Assembly (NCBI GenBank): GCA_963667665.2
Contig: OY763927.2
Location: forward strand, 1,792,001-1,856,000
From: Nitrosopumilus sp.
GTDB lineage: Archaea; Thermoproteota; Nitrososphaeria; Nitrososphaerales; Nitrosopumilaceae
Direction of reading: 5' to 3'
Length of the DNA stretch: 64,000 nucleotides
Shown: positions 33,001 to 43,083 of the stretch, one piece after another
Numbering within the stretch: position 1 is the first letter of the stretch
Layout of the letters: each line of letters begins with the position of its first letter
Notes under the pieces: model-generated
Told to the model about the DNA's origin: nothing
Databases searched by the model: none
Seen by the model: the letters and a program-made list of their open reading frames with translations, nothing else
Made by a program: the position numbers and the translations under genes

Positions 33001-36000
33001 GAATACGGACAACCAGACACTAGTCTACAAGGCAACCTTTAGCGAGGATGTCACGGGAGTAACTGTATCTGACTTTACCTTGTCTTCTGACAGTGCGGGG
33101 GGAGAAAGCACATCCACCTCAACTGGACAGTTCACACAGACAAGATCCCCCCACCTTACCATACCTGACCTTGCAACTGTATCTGATACCATCACAGTCC
33201 CTGATTCTGAAACTGCCACATCCGTCTCAGTTGAAGTAGACATTACGCATAACTACATCGGCGATCTCAAGATAGACATTATTGCCCCTGATGGCACTTC
33301 AATAACACTACACGACAATTCTGGCGGCAGCACCGACAACATAGACCAGCCGTACGCCCCGTTATTTGGAAGCATCCCCATCTCAGGTGTCTGGACCCTG
33401 CAGATACACGACAGGGATGCTCCCGATCCAGGAGTCCTGAACAGCTGGACACTTACCATCAATTACAGCACCACCACCACTGTCAGCCCCGTCACCGGCA
33501 TCTCAGGTTCAGGTGATGTGTACTATGTGACAGTCTCTGCCGCGCAGGACGGGACGTACAACCTTGATCTTGTCTCATCAGACCACAACATTGTCGATGC
33601 TGCAAACAACTCGCTGACCAACACGGCTACCACCGGTGCAGACCAGACATACACCGTCAGTACCGCAGTTATAGACAACACCAACCCAAGACTTGCATCA
33701 ATTGAGAGGTCCAGCCCGACATCCCAGAACACGGACAGCCAGTCTCTACTCTACAAGGCAACCTTTAGCGAGGATGTCACGGGAGTAACTGCATCCGACT
33801 TTGTCCTGTCTCCTAGCAGTACGGGAAGAGTCAGCGGCACCACCCAAGTCACCGGCATCTCAGGTTCAGGTGATGTGTACTATGTGACAGTCTCTGCCAC
33901 GCAGGACGGCACATACAACCTTGATCTTGTCTCATCAGACCACAACATTGTCGATGCTGCAAACAACTCGCTGACTAACACGGCTACCACCGGTGCAGAC
34001 CAGACATACACCGTCAGTACCGCAGTTATAGACAACACCAACCCAAGACTTGCATCAATTGAGCGGTCCAGCCCGACATCCCAGAACACGGACAGCCAGT
34101 CTCTACTCTACAAGGCAACCTTTAGCGAGGATGTCACGGGAGTAACTGCATCCGACTTTGTCCTGTCTCCTAGCAGTACGGGAAGAGTCAGCGGCACCAC
34201 CCAAGTCACCGGCATCTCAGGCTCCAGCGACACGTACTACGTTACAGTCTCCTCATCTACTGACGGAACATACAACCTTGATCTTGTCTCATCAGACCAC
34301 AACATTGTCGATGCTGCAAACAACTCGCTGACCAACACGGCTACCACCGGTGCAGACCAGACATACACCGTCAGTACCGCAGTTATAGACAACACCAACC
34401 CAAGACTTGCATCAATTGAGCGGTACACTCCTGCAACCGAGAATACGGACAACCAGACACTAGTCTACAAGGCAACCTTTAGCGAGGATGTCACGGGAGT
34501 AACTGTATCTGACTTTACCTTGTCTTCTGACAGTGCGGGGGGAGAAAGCACATCCACCTCAACTGGACAGTTCACACAGACAAGATCCCCCCACCTTACC
34601 ATACCTGACCTTGCAACTGTATCTGATACCATCACAGTCCCTGATTCTGAAACTGCCACATCCGTCTCAGTTGAAGTAGACATTACGCATAACTACATCG
34701 GCGATCTCAAGATAGACATTATTGCCCCTGATGGCACTTCAATAACACTACACGACAATTCTGGCGGCAGCACCGACAACATAGACCAGCCGTACGCCCC
34801 GTTATTTGGAAGCATCCCCATCTCAGGTGTCTGGACCCTGCAGATACACGACAGGGATGCTCCCGATCCAGGAGTACTGAACAGCTGGACACTTACCATC
34901 AATTACAGCACCACCACCACTGTCAGCCCCGTCACCGGCATCTCAGGTTCAGGTGATGTGTACTATGTGACAGTCTCTGCCGCGCAGGACGGGACGTACA
35001 ACCTCGACCTCGTCTCGTCAGGACACGGCATCAGGGACGCAGCGAACAACCTCCTTAACAACACAACCCCCACCACCGGAACTGACGAGACATACACCGT
35101 CAGCACCACCGTCACAGACAACACCAACCCAAGACTTGCATCAATTGAGAGGTACAGCCCGGCAGCAGAAAACACCGACAGCCAGACACTGGTATACAAG
35201 GTGACCTTCAGCGAGAATGTTACGGGGGTGGACACATCTGACTTTACATTATCTCCTGACAGCACTGGCAACGGTACCGGCTCCGGACAGTTCACGCAGA
35301 CAAGAACGCCTGCCATCACCATACCCTACGATCAGATCGTGACTGACACCATCCTAGTTACCGGCTCCGGCACTGCCACATCCGTCTCTGTTGCAGTGGA
35401 CATCGCCCACCAATACGTAGTCGATCTCAAGGTAGACCTCATCGCCCCTGACGGCACGGTTCAAACGCTGCACGACCACTCAAGCGGTTCGGCTAACATA
35501 GATCAGACCTACACGCCTGACTTTGGCAGCGTCTCCATCGCAGGAAACTGGACCTTACAGATGCACGACGATTACAGTGCAGACGACGGCATTTTGAACA
35601 GCTGGATGCTTACAGTCAATCATGACTCTGACATTGCCACCCATGTTACCTCGATATCAGGCTCCGGTGATGTGTACTATGCAACGCTCTCTGCTGCGCA
35701 GGACGGTACCTACAACCTTGATCTTGTGTCATCCGGCCACAGCATCACCGATGCCGCAGCCAACCCTCTAACTGACACTATCCCCACCACCGGAACTGAC
35801 GAGACATACACCGTCAGCACCACCGTCATAGACACCATCAACCCAAGGCTTGCATCAATTGAGAGGTCCAGCCCGACATCCCAGAACACGGACAGCCAGT
35901 CGCTGATCTACGAGGTAACCTTTAGCGAAAGCGTCACGGGAGTAACCTCATCTGATTTTATCCTGTCCCTAGTTGGAAGCAATGCTGGTACCGGTTCTAT

Positions 36001-39000
36001 CACCGGGATATCAGGCTCTGGCAGCGTGTACTATGTGACAGTCTCTGCCGCGCAGGACGGGACGTACAACCTCGACCTCGTCTCGTCAGGACACGGCATC
36101 AGGGACGCAGCGAACAACCTCCTTAACAACACAACCCCCACCACCGGAACTGACGAGACATACACCGTCAGCACCACCGTCACAGACAACACCAACCCAA
36201 GACTTGCATCAATTGAGCGGTACACTCCTGCAACCGAGAATACGGACAACCAGACACTAGTCTACAAGGCAACCTTTAGCGAGGATGTCACGGGAGTAAC
36301 TGTATCTGACTTTACCTTGTCTTCTGACAGTGCGGGGGGAGAAAGCACATCCACCTCAACTGGACAGTTCACACAGACAAGATCCCCCAATCTTACCATA
36401 CCTGACCTTGCAACTGTATCTGATACCATCACAGTCCCTGATTCTGAAACTGCCACATCCGTCTCAGTTGAAGTAGACATTACGCATAACTACATCGGCG
36501 ATCTCAAGATAGACATTATTGCCCCTGATGGCACTTCAATAACACTACACGACAATTCTGGCGGCAGCACCGACAACATAGACCAGCCGTACGCCCCGTT
36601 ATTTGGAAGCATCCCCATCTCAGGTGTCTGGACCCTGCAGATACACGACAGGACTGCTCCCGATCCAGGAGTCCTGAACAGCTGGACACTTACCATCAAT
36701 TACGGCACCACCACCACTGTCAGCCCCGTTACTGACATCTCAGGTTCAGGTGATGTGTACTATGTGACAGTCTCTGCATTACAGGACGGCACATACAACC
36801 TTGATCTTGTCTCATCAGACCACAACATTGTCGATGCTGCAAACAACCCTCTGACCGACACGGCTACCACCGGTGCAGACCAGACATACACCGTCAGTAC
36901 CGCAGTTATAGACAACACCAACCCAAGACTTGCATCAATTGAGCGGTCCAGCCCGACATCCCAGAACACGGACAGCCAGTCTCTACTCTACAAGGCAACC
37001 TTTAGCGAGGATGTCACGGGAGTAACTGTATCTGACTTTACCTTGTCTTCTGACAGTGCGGGGGGAGAAAGCACATCCACCTCAACTGGACAGTTCACAC
37101 AGACAAGATCCCCCCACCTTACCATACCTGACCTTGCAACTGTATCTGATACCATCACAGTCTCCAGTTCTGGAACTGTCGCCTCCGTCTCAGTTGAAGT
37201 AGACATTACGCATAACTACATCGGCGATCTCAAGATAGACATTATTGCCCCTGATGGCACTTCAATAACACTACACGACAATTCTGGCGGCAGCACCGAC
37301 AACATAGACCAGCCGTACGCCCCGTTATTTGGAAGCATCCCCATCTCAGGTGTCTGGACCCTGCAGATACACGACAGGGATGCTCCCGATCCAGGAGTCC
37401 TGAACAGCTGGACACTTACCATCAATTACAGCGATACTGCCACAACTCTCAGCTCCGTTACTGACATCTCAGGTTCAGGTGATGTGTACTATGTGACAGT
37501 CTCTGCCACGCAGGACGGCACATACAACCTTGATCTTGTCTCATCAGACCACAACATTGTCGATGCTGCAAACAACCCTCTGACCAACACGGCTACCACC
37601 GGTGCAGACCAGACATACACCGTCAGTACCGCAGTTATAGACAACACCAACCCAAGACTTGCATCAATTGAGCGGTACAATCCTGCAACCGAGAATACGG
37701 ACAGCCAGACACTAGTCTACAAGGCAACCTTTAGCGAGGATGTCACGGGAGTAACTGTATCTGACTTTACCTTGTCTTCTGACAGTGCGGGGGGAGAAAG
37801 CACATCCACCTCAACTGGACAGTTCACACAGACAAGATCCCCCAATCTTACCATACCTGACCTTGCAACTGTATCTGATACCATCACAGTCTCCAGTTCT
37901 GGAACTGCCACATCCGTCTCAGTTGAAGTAGACATTACGCATAACTACATCGGCGATCTCAAGATAGACATTATTGCCCCTGATGGCACTTCAATAACAC
38001 TACACGACAATTCTGGCGGCAGCACCGACAACATAGACCAGCCGTACGCCCCGTTATTTGGAAGCATCCCCATCTCAGGTGTCTGGACCCTGCAGATACA
38101 CGACAGGACTGCTCCCGATCCAGGAGTCCTGAACAGCTGGACACTTACCATCAACTACGGCACCACCACCACTGTCAGCTCCGTTACTGACATCTCAGGT
38201 TCAGGTGATGTGTACTATGTGACAGTCTCTGCCACGCAGGACGGAACATACAACCTTGATCTTGTCTCATCAGACCACAACATTGCAGATGCTGCAAACA
38301 ACTCGCTGACCAACACGGCTACCACCGGTGCAGACCAGACATACACTGTCAGTACCGCAGTTATAGACAACACCAACCCAAGACTTGCATCAATTGAGAG
38401 GTCCAGCCCGACATCCCAGAACACGGACAGCCAGTCTCTACTCTACAAGGCAACCTTTAGCGAGGATGTCACGGGAGTAACTGCATCCGACTTTGTCCTG
38501 TCTCCTAGCAGTACGGGAAGAGTCAGCGGCACCACCCAAGTCACCGGCATCTCAGGCTCCGGCGACACGTACTACGTTACAGTCTCCTCATCTACTGACG
38601 GAACATACAACCTTGATCTTGTCTCATCAGACCACAACATTGTCGATGCTGCAAACAACTCGCTGACCAACACGGCTACTACCGGTGCAGACCAGACATA
38701 CACCGTCAGTACCGCAGTTATAGACAACACCAACCCAAGACTTGCATCAATTGAGCGGTACACTCCTGCAACCGAGAATACGGACAACCAGACACTAGTC
38801 TACAAGGCAACCTTTAGCGAGGATGTCACGGGAGTAACTGTATCTGACTTTACCTTGTCTTCTGACAGTGCGGGGGGAGAAAGCACATCCACCTCAACTG
38901 GACAGTTCACACAGACAAGATCCCCCCACCTTACCATACCTGACCTTGCAACTGTATCTGATACCATCACAGTCTCCAGTTCTGGAACTGCCACATCCGT

Positions 39001-41611
39001 CTCAGTTGAAGTAGACATTACGCATAACTACATCGGCGATCTCAAGATAGACATTATTGCCCCTGATGGCACTTCAATAACACTACACGACAATTCTGGC
39101 GGCAGCACCGACAACATAGACCAGCCGTACGCCCCGTTATTTGGAAGCATCCCCATCTCAGGTGTCTGGACCCTGCAGATACACGACAGGACTGCTCCCG
39201 ATCCAGGAGTCCTGAACAGCTGGACACTTACCATCAATTACGGCACCACCACCACTGTCAGCCCCGTCACCGGCATCTCAGGTTCAGGTGATGTGTACTA
39301 TGTGACAGTCTCTGCCACGCAGGACGGAACATACAACCTTGATCTTGTCTCATCAGACCACAACATTGCAGATGCTGCAAACAACTCGCTGACCAACACG
39401 GCTACTACCGGTGCAGACCAGACATACACCGTCAGTACCGCAGTTATAGACAACACCAACCCAAGACTTGCATCAATTGAGCGGTACACTCCTGCAACCG
39501 AGAATACGGACAGCCAGTCTCTACTCTACAAGGCAACCTTTAGCGAGGATGTCACGGGAGTAACTGCATCCGACTTTGTCCTGTCTCCTAGCAGTACGGG
39601 AAGAGTCAGCGGCACCACCCAAGTCACCGGCATCTCAGGCTCCGGCGACACGTACTACGTTACAGTCTCCTCATCTACTGACGGAACATACAACCTTGAT
39701 CTTGTCTCATCAGACCACAACATTGTCGATGCTGCAAACAACTCGCTGACCAACACGGCTACCACCGGTGCAGACCAGACATACACCGTCAGTACCGCAG
39801 TTATAGACAACACCAACCCAAGACTTGCATCAATTGAGCGGTACACTCCTGCAACCGAGAATACGGACAACCAGACACTAGTCTACAAGGCAACCTTTAG
39901 CGAGGATGTCACGGGAGTAACTGTATCTGACTTTACCTTGTCTTCTGACAGTGCGGGGGGAGAAAGCACATCCACCTCAACTGGACAGTTCACACAGACA
40001 AGATCCCCCCACCTTACCATACCTAACCTTGCAACTGTATCTGATACCATCACAGTCTCCAGTTCTGGAACTGTCGCCTCCGTCTCAGTTGAAGTAGACA
40101 TTACGCATAACTACATCGGCGATCTCAAGATAGACATTATTGCCCCTGATGGCACTTCAATAACACTACACGACAATTCTGGCGGCAGCACCGACAACAT
40201 AGACCAGCCGTACGCCCCGCTATTTGGAAGCATCCCCATCTCAGGTGTCTGGACCCTGCAGATACATGACAGGGATGCTCCCGATCCAGGAGTCCTGAAC
40301 AGCTGGACACTTACCATCAATTACAGCACCACCACCACTGTCAGCCCCGTCACCGGCATCTCAGGTTCAGGTGATGTGTACTATGTGACAGTCTCTGCCA
40401 CGCAGGACGGAACATACAACCTCGACCTCGTCTCGTCAGGACACGGCATCAGGGACGCAGCGAACAACCTCCTTAACAACACAACCCCCACCACCGGAAC
40501 TGACGAGACATACACCGTCAGCACCACCGTCACAGACAACACCAACCCAAGACTTGCATCAATTGAGAGGTACAGCCCGGCAGCAGAAAACACCGACAGC
40601 CAGACACTGGTATACAAGGTGACCTTCAGCGAGAATGTTACGGGGGTGGACACATCTGACTTTACATTATCTCCTGACAGCACTGGCAACGGTACCGGCT
40701 CCGGACAGTTCACGCAGACAAGAACGCCTGCCATCACCATACCCTACGATCAGATCGTGACTGACACCATCCTAGTTACCGGCTCCGGCACTGCCACATC
40801 CGTCTCTGTTGCAGTGGACATCGCCCACCAATACGTAGTCGATCTCAAGGTAGACCTCATCGCCCCTGACGGCACGGTTCAAACGCTGCACGACCACTCA
40901 AGCGGTTCGGCTAACATAGATCAGACCTACACGCCTGACTTTGGCAGCGTCTCCATCGCAGGAAACTGGACCTTACAGATGCACGACGATTACAGTGCAG
41001 ACGACGGCATTTTGAACAGCTGGATGCTTACAGTCAATCATGACTCTGACATTGCCACCCATGTTACCTCGATATCAGGCTCCGGTGATGTGTACTATGC
41101 AACGCTCTCTGCTGCGCAGGACGGTACCTACAACCTTGATCTTGTGTCATCCGGCCACAGCATCACCGATGCCGCAGCCAACCCTCTAACTGACACTATC
41201 CCCACCACCGGAACTGACGAGACATACACCGTCAGCACCATACCTGCAGATGTCACTGCCCCCACACTTGCATCAATTGAGAGGTACAGCCCGGCAGCAG
41301 AAAACACCGACAGCCAGACACTGGTATACAAGGTGACCTTCAGCGAGAATGTTACGGGGGTGGATGCATCTGACTTTATCCTGTCCCCTGACAGCACAGG
41401 GGGAGGCACCACCACCACCTCTGCCGAACAGTTCACGCAGACAAGATCCCCAAACCTTGCCATACCTGACCTTCAAACCGTATCTGACACCATCACAGTA
41501 TCTGATTCCGGGACCGTCACATCCGTCTCAGTTGCAGTGGACATCACGCATACCTATAGCAATGCGCATAAGTTTCTGTACAGCCAATTTCTGGGCATCG
41601 TCGTCCCTTGA
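27035..41611 (+). CDS. Giant secreted surface protein: PKD-like domain, DUF285/BspA-like repeats, Ig-like modules with nested proprotein-convertase P-domains; C-terminus truncated by IS630
   Basis: 4858 aa. Signal peptide, ISWGDG..HTY, 25-aa WDVSSVTDMS.MF...FN..L repeats, DITHNYIGDL...GVWTLQIHD...GVLNSW P-domains. Markedly GC-richer than the host genes. Confidence 0.9.
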   Translation: MNRHLYPQIRTVHVLSVIAVFAISAGILLAAQSGCIGATLAGTDGSYNTPDTGLSEHAPVQAVTAWEEMTNLSVACQIADTFADMLFTGVLDAAYAVHAVLSLTAVDNIADTVSLKLDGVNDITTFVPQPQYAFAQTPPADAFVTTWKTASADQSITINFVGDDMNISWGDGMTETNLSGPQTHTYEDAGNYTVSVTGGLTGLTLDRPPDSFSLPGLVPELASIDQWGSISWTNMSNAFAGASNMTYMATDTPDLSLVTDMSSMFVSATSFDGDLSSWDVSSVRDMYGMFHNAASFNQPLNSWNVSSVTDMSSMFFSATSFDGTLSDWNVSSVTNMNGMFNSASSFNQPLNSWDVSSVTDMSDMFNSAFSFNGDLSSWDVSSVTDMSDMFFYTSDFDGDLSGWDVSSVTDMAGMFFYTSDFDGDLSGWDVSSVTDMSGMFNSASSFNGDLSGWDVSSVTDMSYMFFYTSDFDGDLSGWDVSSVTDMSGMFNSASSFNQPLNGWDVSKVTDMSGMFAFTSVFNQPLNSWNVSSVSNMNGMFNSASSFNQPLNSWNVSSVTDMNGMFNSASSFNGDLSSWDVSSVTDMASMFFYTSDFDGDLSGWDVSSVTDMSGMFNSASSFNGDLSRWDVSSVTDMSYMFFYTSDFDGDLSGWDVSSVTDMSGMFNSASSFNQPLNGWDVSKVTDMSGMFAFTSVFNQPLNSWNVSSVSNMNGMFNSASSFNQPLNSWNVSSVTDMSDMFNSAFSFNGDLSSWDVSSVTDMASMFFYTSDFDGDLSGWDVSSVTDMSGMFNSASSFNGDLSGWDVSSVTDMSYMFFYTSDFDGDLSGWDVSSVTDMSGMFNSASSFNQPLNGWDVSKVTDMSGMFAFTSVFNQPLNSWNVSSVSNMNGMFNSASSFNQPLNSWNVSSVTDMSDMFNSAFSFNGDLSSWDVSSVTDMASMFFYTSDFDGDLSGWDVSSVTDMSGMFNSASSFNGDLSGWDVSSVTDMSYMFFYTSDFDGDLSGWDVSSVTDMSGMFNSASSFNQPLNGWDVSKVTDMSGMFAFTSVFNQLLNSWNVSSVSNMNGMFNSASSFNQPLNSWNVSSVTDMSDMFNSAFSFNGDLSSWDVSSVTDMASMFFYTSDFDGDLSGWDVSSVTDMSGMFNSASSFNGDLSGWDVSSVTDMSYMFFYTSDFDGDLSGWDVSSVTDMSGMFNSASSFNQPLNGWDVSKVTDMSGMFAFTSVFNQLLNSWNVSSVSNMNGMFNSASSFNQPLNSWNVSSVTDMSDMFNSAFSFNGDLSSWDVSSVTDMASMFFYTSDFDGDLSGWDVSSVTDMSGMFNSASSFNQPLNGWDVSKVTDMSGMFAFTSVFNQLLNSWDVSSVTDMSDMFNSAFSFNGDLSSWDVSSVTDMASMFFYTSDFDGDLSGWDVSSVTDMSDMFNSAFSFNGDLSSWDVSSVTDMASMFFYTSDFDGDLSGWDVSSVTDMAGMFNSASSFNGDLSSWDVSSVTDMSYMFSYSSFNGDLSGWDVSGVTYMEQMFQSASFNGNLGNWYITLDNASVTGILQAVGNITPQNEFLATHEPTYSIGSSSDSEHFGINGAALVLMTIPDANPAIVNITSTGDFGTSNSRIFEITILPGVADTTNPRLASIERSSPTSQNTDSQSLIYEVTFSESVTGVTSSDFILSLVGSNAGTGSITGISGSGSVYYVTVSAAQDGTYNLDLVSSGHGIRDAANNLLNNTTPTTGTDETYTVSTTVIDNTNPRLASIERYSPAAENTDSQTLVYKVTFSENVTGVDTSDFTLSPDSTGNSTGSGQFTQTRTPAITIPYDQIVTDTILVTGSGTATSVSVAVDIAHPYIDDLKVDLIAPDGTVQTLHDRPSGPANIDQTYTPDFGSVSIAGNWTLQMHDDYSADDGILNSWMLTVNHDSDIATHVTSISGSGDVYYATLSAAQDGTYNLDLVSSGHSITDAAANPLTDTIPTTGTDETYTVSTTVIDNTNPRLASIERYTPATENTDNQTLVYKATFSEDVTGVTVSDFTLSSDSAGGESTSTSTGQFTQTRSPHLTIPDLATVSDTITVPDSETATSVSVEVDITHNYIGDLKIDIIAPDGTSITLHDNSGGSTDNIDQPYAPLFGSIPISGVWTLQIHDRDAPDPGVLNSWTLTINYSTTTTVSPVTGISGSGDVYYVTVSAAQDGTYNLDLVSSDHNIVDAANNSLTNTATTGADQTYTVSTAVIDNTNPRLASIERSSPTSQNTDSQSLLYKATFSEDVTGVTASDFVLSPSSTGRVSGTTQVTGISGSGDVYYVTVSATQDGTYNLDLVSSDHNIVDAANNSLTNTATTGADQTYTVSTAVIDNTNPRLASIERSSPTSQNTDSQSLLYKATFSEDVTGVTASDFVLSPSSTGRVSGTTQVTGISGSSDTYYVTVSSSTDGTYNLDLVSSDHNIVDAANNSLTNTATTGADQTYTVSTAVIDNTNPRLASIERYTPATENTDNQTLVYKATFSEDVTGVTVSDFTLSSDSAGGESTSTSTGQFTQTRSPHLTIPDLATVSDTITVPDSETATSVSVEVDITHNYIGDLKIDIIAPDGTSITLHDNSGGSTDNIDQPYAPLFGSIPISGVWTLQIHDRDAPDPGVLNSWTLTINYSTTTTVSPVTGISGSGDVYYVTVSAAQDGTYNLDLVSSGHGIRDAANNLLNNTTPTTGTDETYTVSTTVTDNTNPRLASIERYSPAAENTDSQTLVYKVTFSENVTGVDTSDFTLSPDSTGNGTGSGQFTQTRTPAITIPYDQIVTDTILVTGSGTATSVSVAVDIAHQYVVDLKVDLIAPDGTVQTLHDHSSGSANIDQTYTPDFGSVSIAGNWTLQMHDDYSADDGILNSWMLTVNHDSDIATHVTSISGSGDVYYATLSAAQDGTYNLDLVSSGHSITDAAANPLTDTIPTTGTDETYTVSTTVIDTINPRLASIERSSPTSQNTDSQSLIYEVTFSESVTGVTSSDFILSLVGSNAGTGSITGISGSGSVYYVTVSAAQDGTYNLDLVSSGHGIRDAANNLLNNTTPTTGTDETYTVSTTVTDNTNPRLASIERYTPATENTDNQTLVYKATFSEDVTGVTVSDFTLSSDSAGGESTSTSTGQFTQTRSPNLTIPDLATVSDTITVPDSETATSVSVEVDITHNYIGDLKIDIIAPDGTSITLHDNSGGSTDNIDQPYAPLFGSIPISGVWTLQIHDRTAPDPGVLNSWTLTINYGTTTTVSPVTDISGSGDVYYVTVSALQDGTYNLDLVSSDHNIVDAANNPLTDTATTGADQTYTVSTAVIDNTNPRLASIERSSPTSQNTDSQSLLYKATFSEDVTGVTVSDFTLSSDSAGGESTSTSTGQFTQTRSPHLTIPDLATVSDTITVSSSGTVASVSVEVDITHNYIGDLKIDIIAPDGTSITLHDNSGGSTDNIDQPYAPLFGSIPISGVWTLQIHDRDAPDPGVLNSWTLTINYSDTATTLSSVTDISGSGDVYYVTVSATQDGTYNLDLVSSDHNIVDAANNPLTNTATTGADQTYTVSTAVIDNTNPRLASIERYNPATENTDSQTLVYKATFSEDVTGVTVSDFTLSSDSAGGESTSTSTGQFTQTRSPNLTIPDLATVSDTITVSSSGTATSVSVEVDITHNYIGDLKIDIIAPDGTSITLHDNSGGSTDNIDQPYAPLFGSIPISGVWTLQIHDRTAPDPGVLNSWTLTINYGTTTTVSSVTDISGSGDVYYVTVSATQDGTYNLDLVSSDHNIADAANNSLTNTATTGADQTYTVSTAVIDNTNPRLASIERSSPTSQNTDSQSLLYKATFSEDVTGVTASDFVLSPSSTGRVSGTTQVTGISGSGDTYYVTVSSSTDGTYNLDLVSSDHNIVDAANNSLTNTATTGADQTYTVSTAVIDNTNPRLASIERYTPATENTDNQTLVYKATFSEDVTGVTVSDFTLSSDSAGGESTSTSTGQFTQTRSPHLTIPDLATVSDTITVSSSGTATSVSVEVDITHNYIGDLKIDIIAPDGTSITLHDNSGGSTDNIDQPYAPLFGSIPISGVWTLQIHDRTAPDPGVLNSWTLTINYGTTTTVSPVTGISGSGDVYYVTVSATQDGTYNLDLVSSDHNIADAANNSLTNTATTGADQTYTVSTAVIDNTNPRLASIERYTPATENTDSQSLLYKATFSEDVTGVTASDFVLSPSSTGRVSGTTQVTGISGSGDTYYVTVSSSTDGTYNLDLVSSDHNIVDAANNSLTNTATTGADQTYTVSTAVIDNTNPRLASIERYTPATENTDNQTLVYKATFSEDVTGVTVSDFTLSSDSAGGESTSTSTGQFTQTRSPHLTIPNLATVSDTITVSSSGTVASVSVEVDITHNYIGDLKIDIIAPDGTSITLHDNSGGSTDNIDQPYAPLFGSIPISGVWTLQIHDRDAPDPGVLNSWTLTINYSTTTTVSPVTGISGSGDVYYVTVSATQDGTYNLDLVSSGHGIRDAANNLLNNTTPTTGTDETYTVSTTVTDNTNPRLASIERYSPAAENTDSQTLVYKVTFSENVTGVDTSDFTLSPDSTGNGTGSGQFTQTRTPAITIPYDQIVTDTILVTGSGTATSVSVAVDIAHQYVVDLKVDLIAPDGTVQTLHDHSSGSANIDQTYTPDFGSVSIAGNWTLQMHDDYSADDGILNSWMLTVNHDSDIATHVTSISGSGDVYYATLSAAQDGTYNLDLVSSGHSITDAAANPLTDTIPTTGTDETYTVSTIPADVTAPTLASIERYSPAAENTDSQTLVYKVTFSENVTGVDASDFILSPDSTGGGTTTTSAEQFTQTRSPNLAIPDLQTVSDTITVSDSGTVTSVSVAVDITHTYSNAHKFLYSQFLGIVVP
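27790..31610 (+). repeat. DUF285 array, about 50 x 75 bp with a 525-bp higher-order period
   Basis: 75-nt units are visible directly. Identical shadow ORFs recur at 28432, 28957, 29482, 30007 and 30532. Confidence 0.92.
31880..41556 (+). repeat. 17 near-identical Ig-like modules (about 357 bp alone, about 715-729 bp with inserted P-domain); 10 complete P-domains plus 1 truncated
   Basis: Counted from recurrences of NPRLASIER and of the P-domain motif in the translation. Confidence 0.85.
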
Positions 41612-43083
41612 TCATCACATCTTTGTAAATCATCGTCTCCTGCATTCCGAACAGCATCTGTATACCTTCAACGTATTTTTTTCACACAAATTTGTAAATT
41701 AGAACTATCTTGGCATTTCACACGAACGTCAATTTAACCGTACTGTTACTAAATAGGAAAAGTCAAAAATTTGTTTCACTAAATGTACACATGCATGGAC
41801 ATAAAATGCTAAAACAAGTGCAAAAAGTAGAACATGCAGGCTGCATATCACGTCGGTTATCCATGCTGTTGGCATTTATGGTAATCAAAACATTTGTCAA
41901 TACTGCCAAAATATCTTGTTGTGATCGTCGTACTGTTGCCATGTAACATTGCAGGTTTGCATGTGCTGCAAAATCATTTCATGGAATATGGCAGGCCCTC
42001 TCAGACAAACCACGGTCAGGACGTCCACCCAAGATAGACAGAAAAATTCTAAACAAAGCAAGGCATTGGTGCGAGGAACGCGCATTTACACCCGTAGAAC
42101 TGCACGACAAACTAGAAGAGATGTCTGGAAAAAACCTTGGCATCTCGCAGATAAGGCGATATGCCAGACAGTGGGGATACTCTAGAAAAAAGACACAGCC
42201 AATCATGGTTAGTAGAACACCAATAGAAGAGGTGAACAAATGGAGAGCCAGCCTGTATCAAAAGATTGCAAGATACACAAAGATGCGATATACAATTGTA
42301 ACACAAGATGAATCACACTTTAAGGACGCTGCAATGTCTGCAAAATATTGGGCAAAACTGTGCCTACGCATATTCATGTTATGGAGCGGAGGATTTCATA
42401 GATTCTCAATGATATGCAGCATGACACAAGACGGCAGACAGTTTTTTAATCACTGTCAGACTGTCAATACCACTTCCTTTCTAGAACATATGGACAAGGT
42501 GTACATGGAGGTAGGCAAGATGGTCCTGATACTAGACAAGGCACCGCGGCATACATCCAAGGAGACGAAAAGATTCTTTGCAGAGCGCGACATTATTGTC
42601 CTGTGGTATCCTATCGGACATCCATATCTGAATCCCGTAGAGGAAGTATGGAGCGTACTCAAACGTGTAATGAATCATTCCATACGTTATGCAGACAAGG
42701 ATGCACATCTGGCAGCAGTGTATGAATTTATCAGGGTACACAAGTTTGATTATAATTTTAAGAAATTCTGGAAGAGAAAACCGCCCAAAGGAATCATGCG
42801 GCCATTCATAAAGATGGATGATCCGCCAAATCCCGACATTGTATCACACCAGGTATCGTCTAAACCTGCACAAAAACAATGATTGTACGAATAGTTTGAT
42901 CTTCTGTATGTATCATGTTGGTGCCTGCATTTTTTTCCAATGTGATATGTATAGCCATACATGAATCTGAATTTTAATTTTCCATGCATTTTGTTTTGTG
43001 CTTTTGGTGTATTCCCCAGACAAGAGGCATTATGCCTATGATGGTCCTAAAATATCATGTACAGAAACTTATGCACGTTGCTA
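41557..43083 (+). mobile_element. IS630-family element, 1527 bp, with decayed N-terminal transposase region and DDE ORF 42121-42882
   Basis: 26-bp TIRs TAGCAA(T/C)G(C/T)GCATAAGTTTCTGTACA, TA on both sides, motifs QDES, LDKAPRH, LNPVEEVW. Confidence 0.92.

Noticed and set aside
27131-41476. Many 60-190 aa antisense and alternate-frame ORFs over the giant gene and its copies
   Set aside because: Shadow ORFs of a GC-rich repetitive CDS. They recur with the repeat period.
41349-42306. Short ORFs inside the IS630 5' region as passenger genes
   Set aside because: They are fragments of the stop-interrupted transposase N-terminus or shadow frames.
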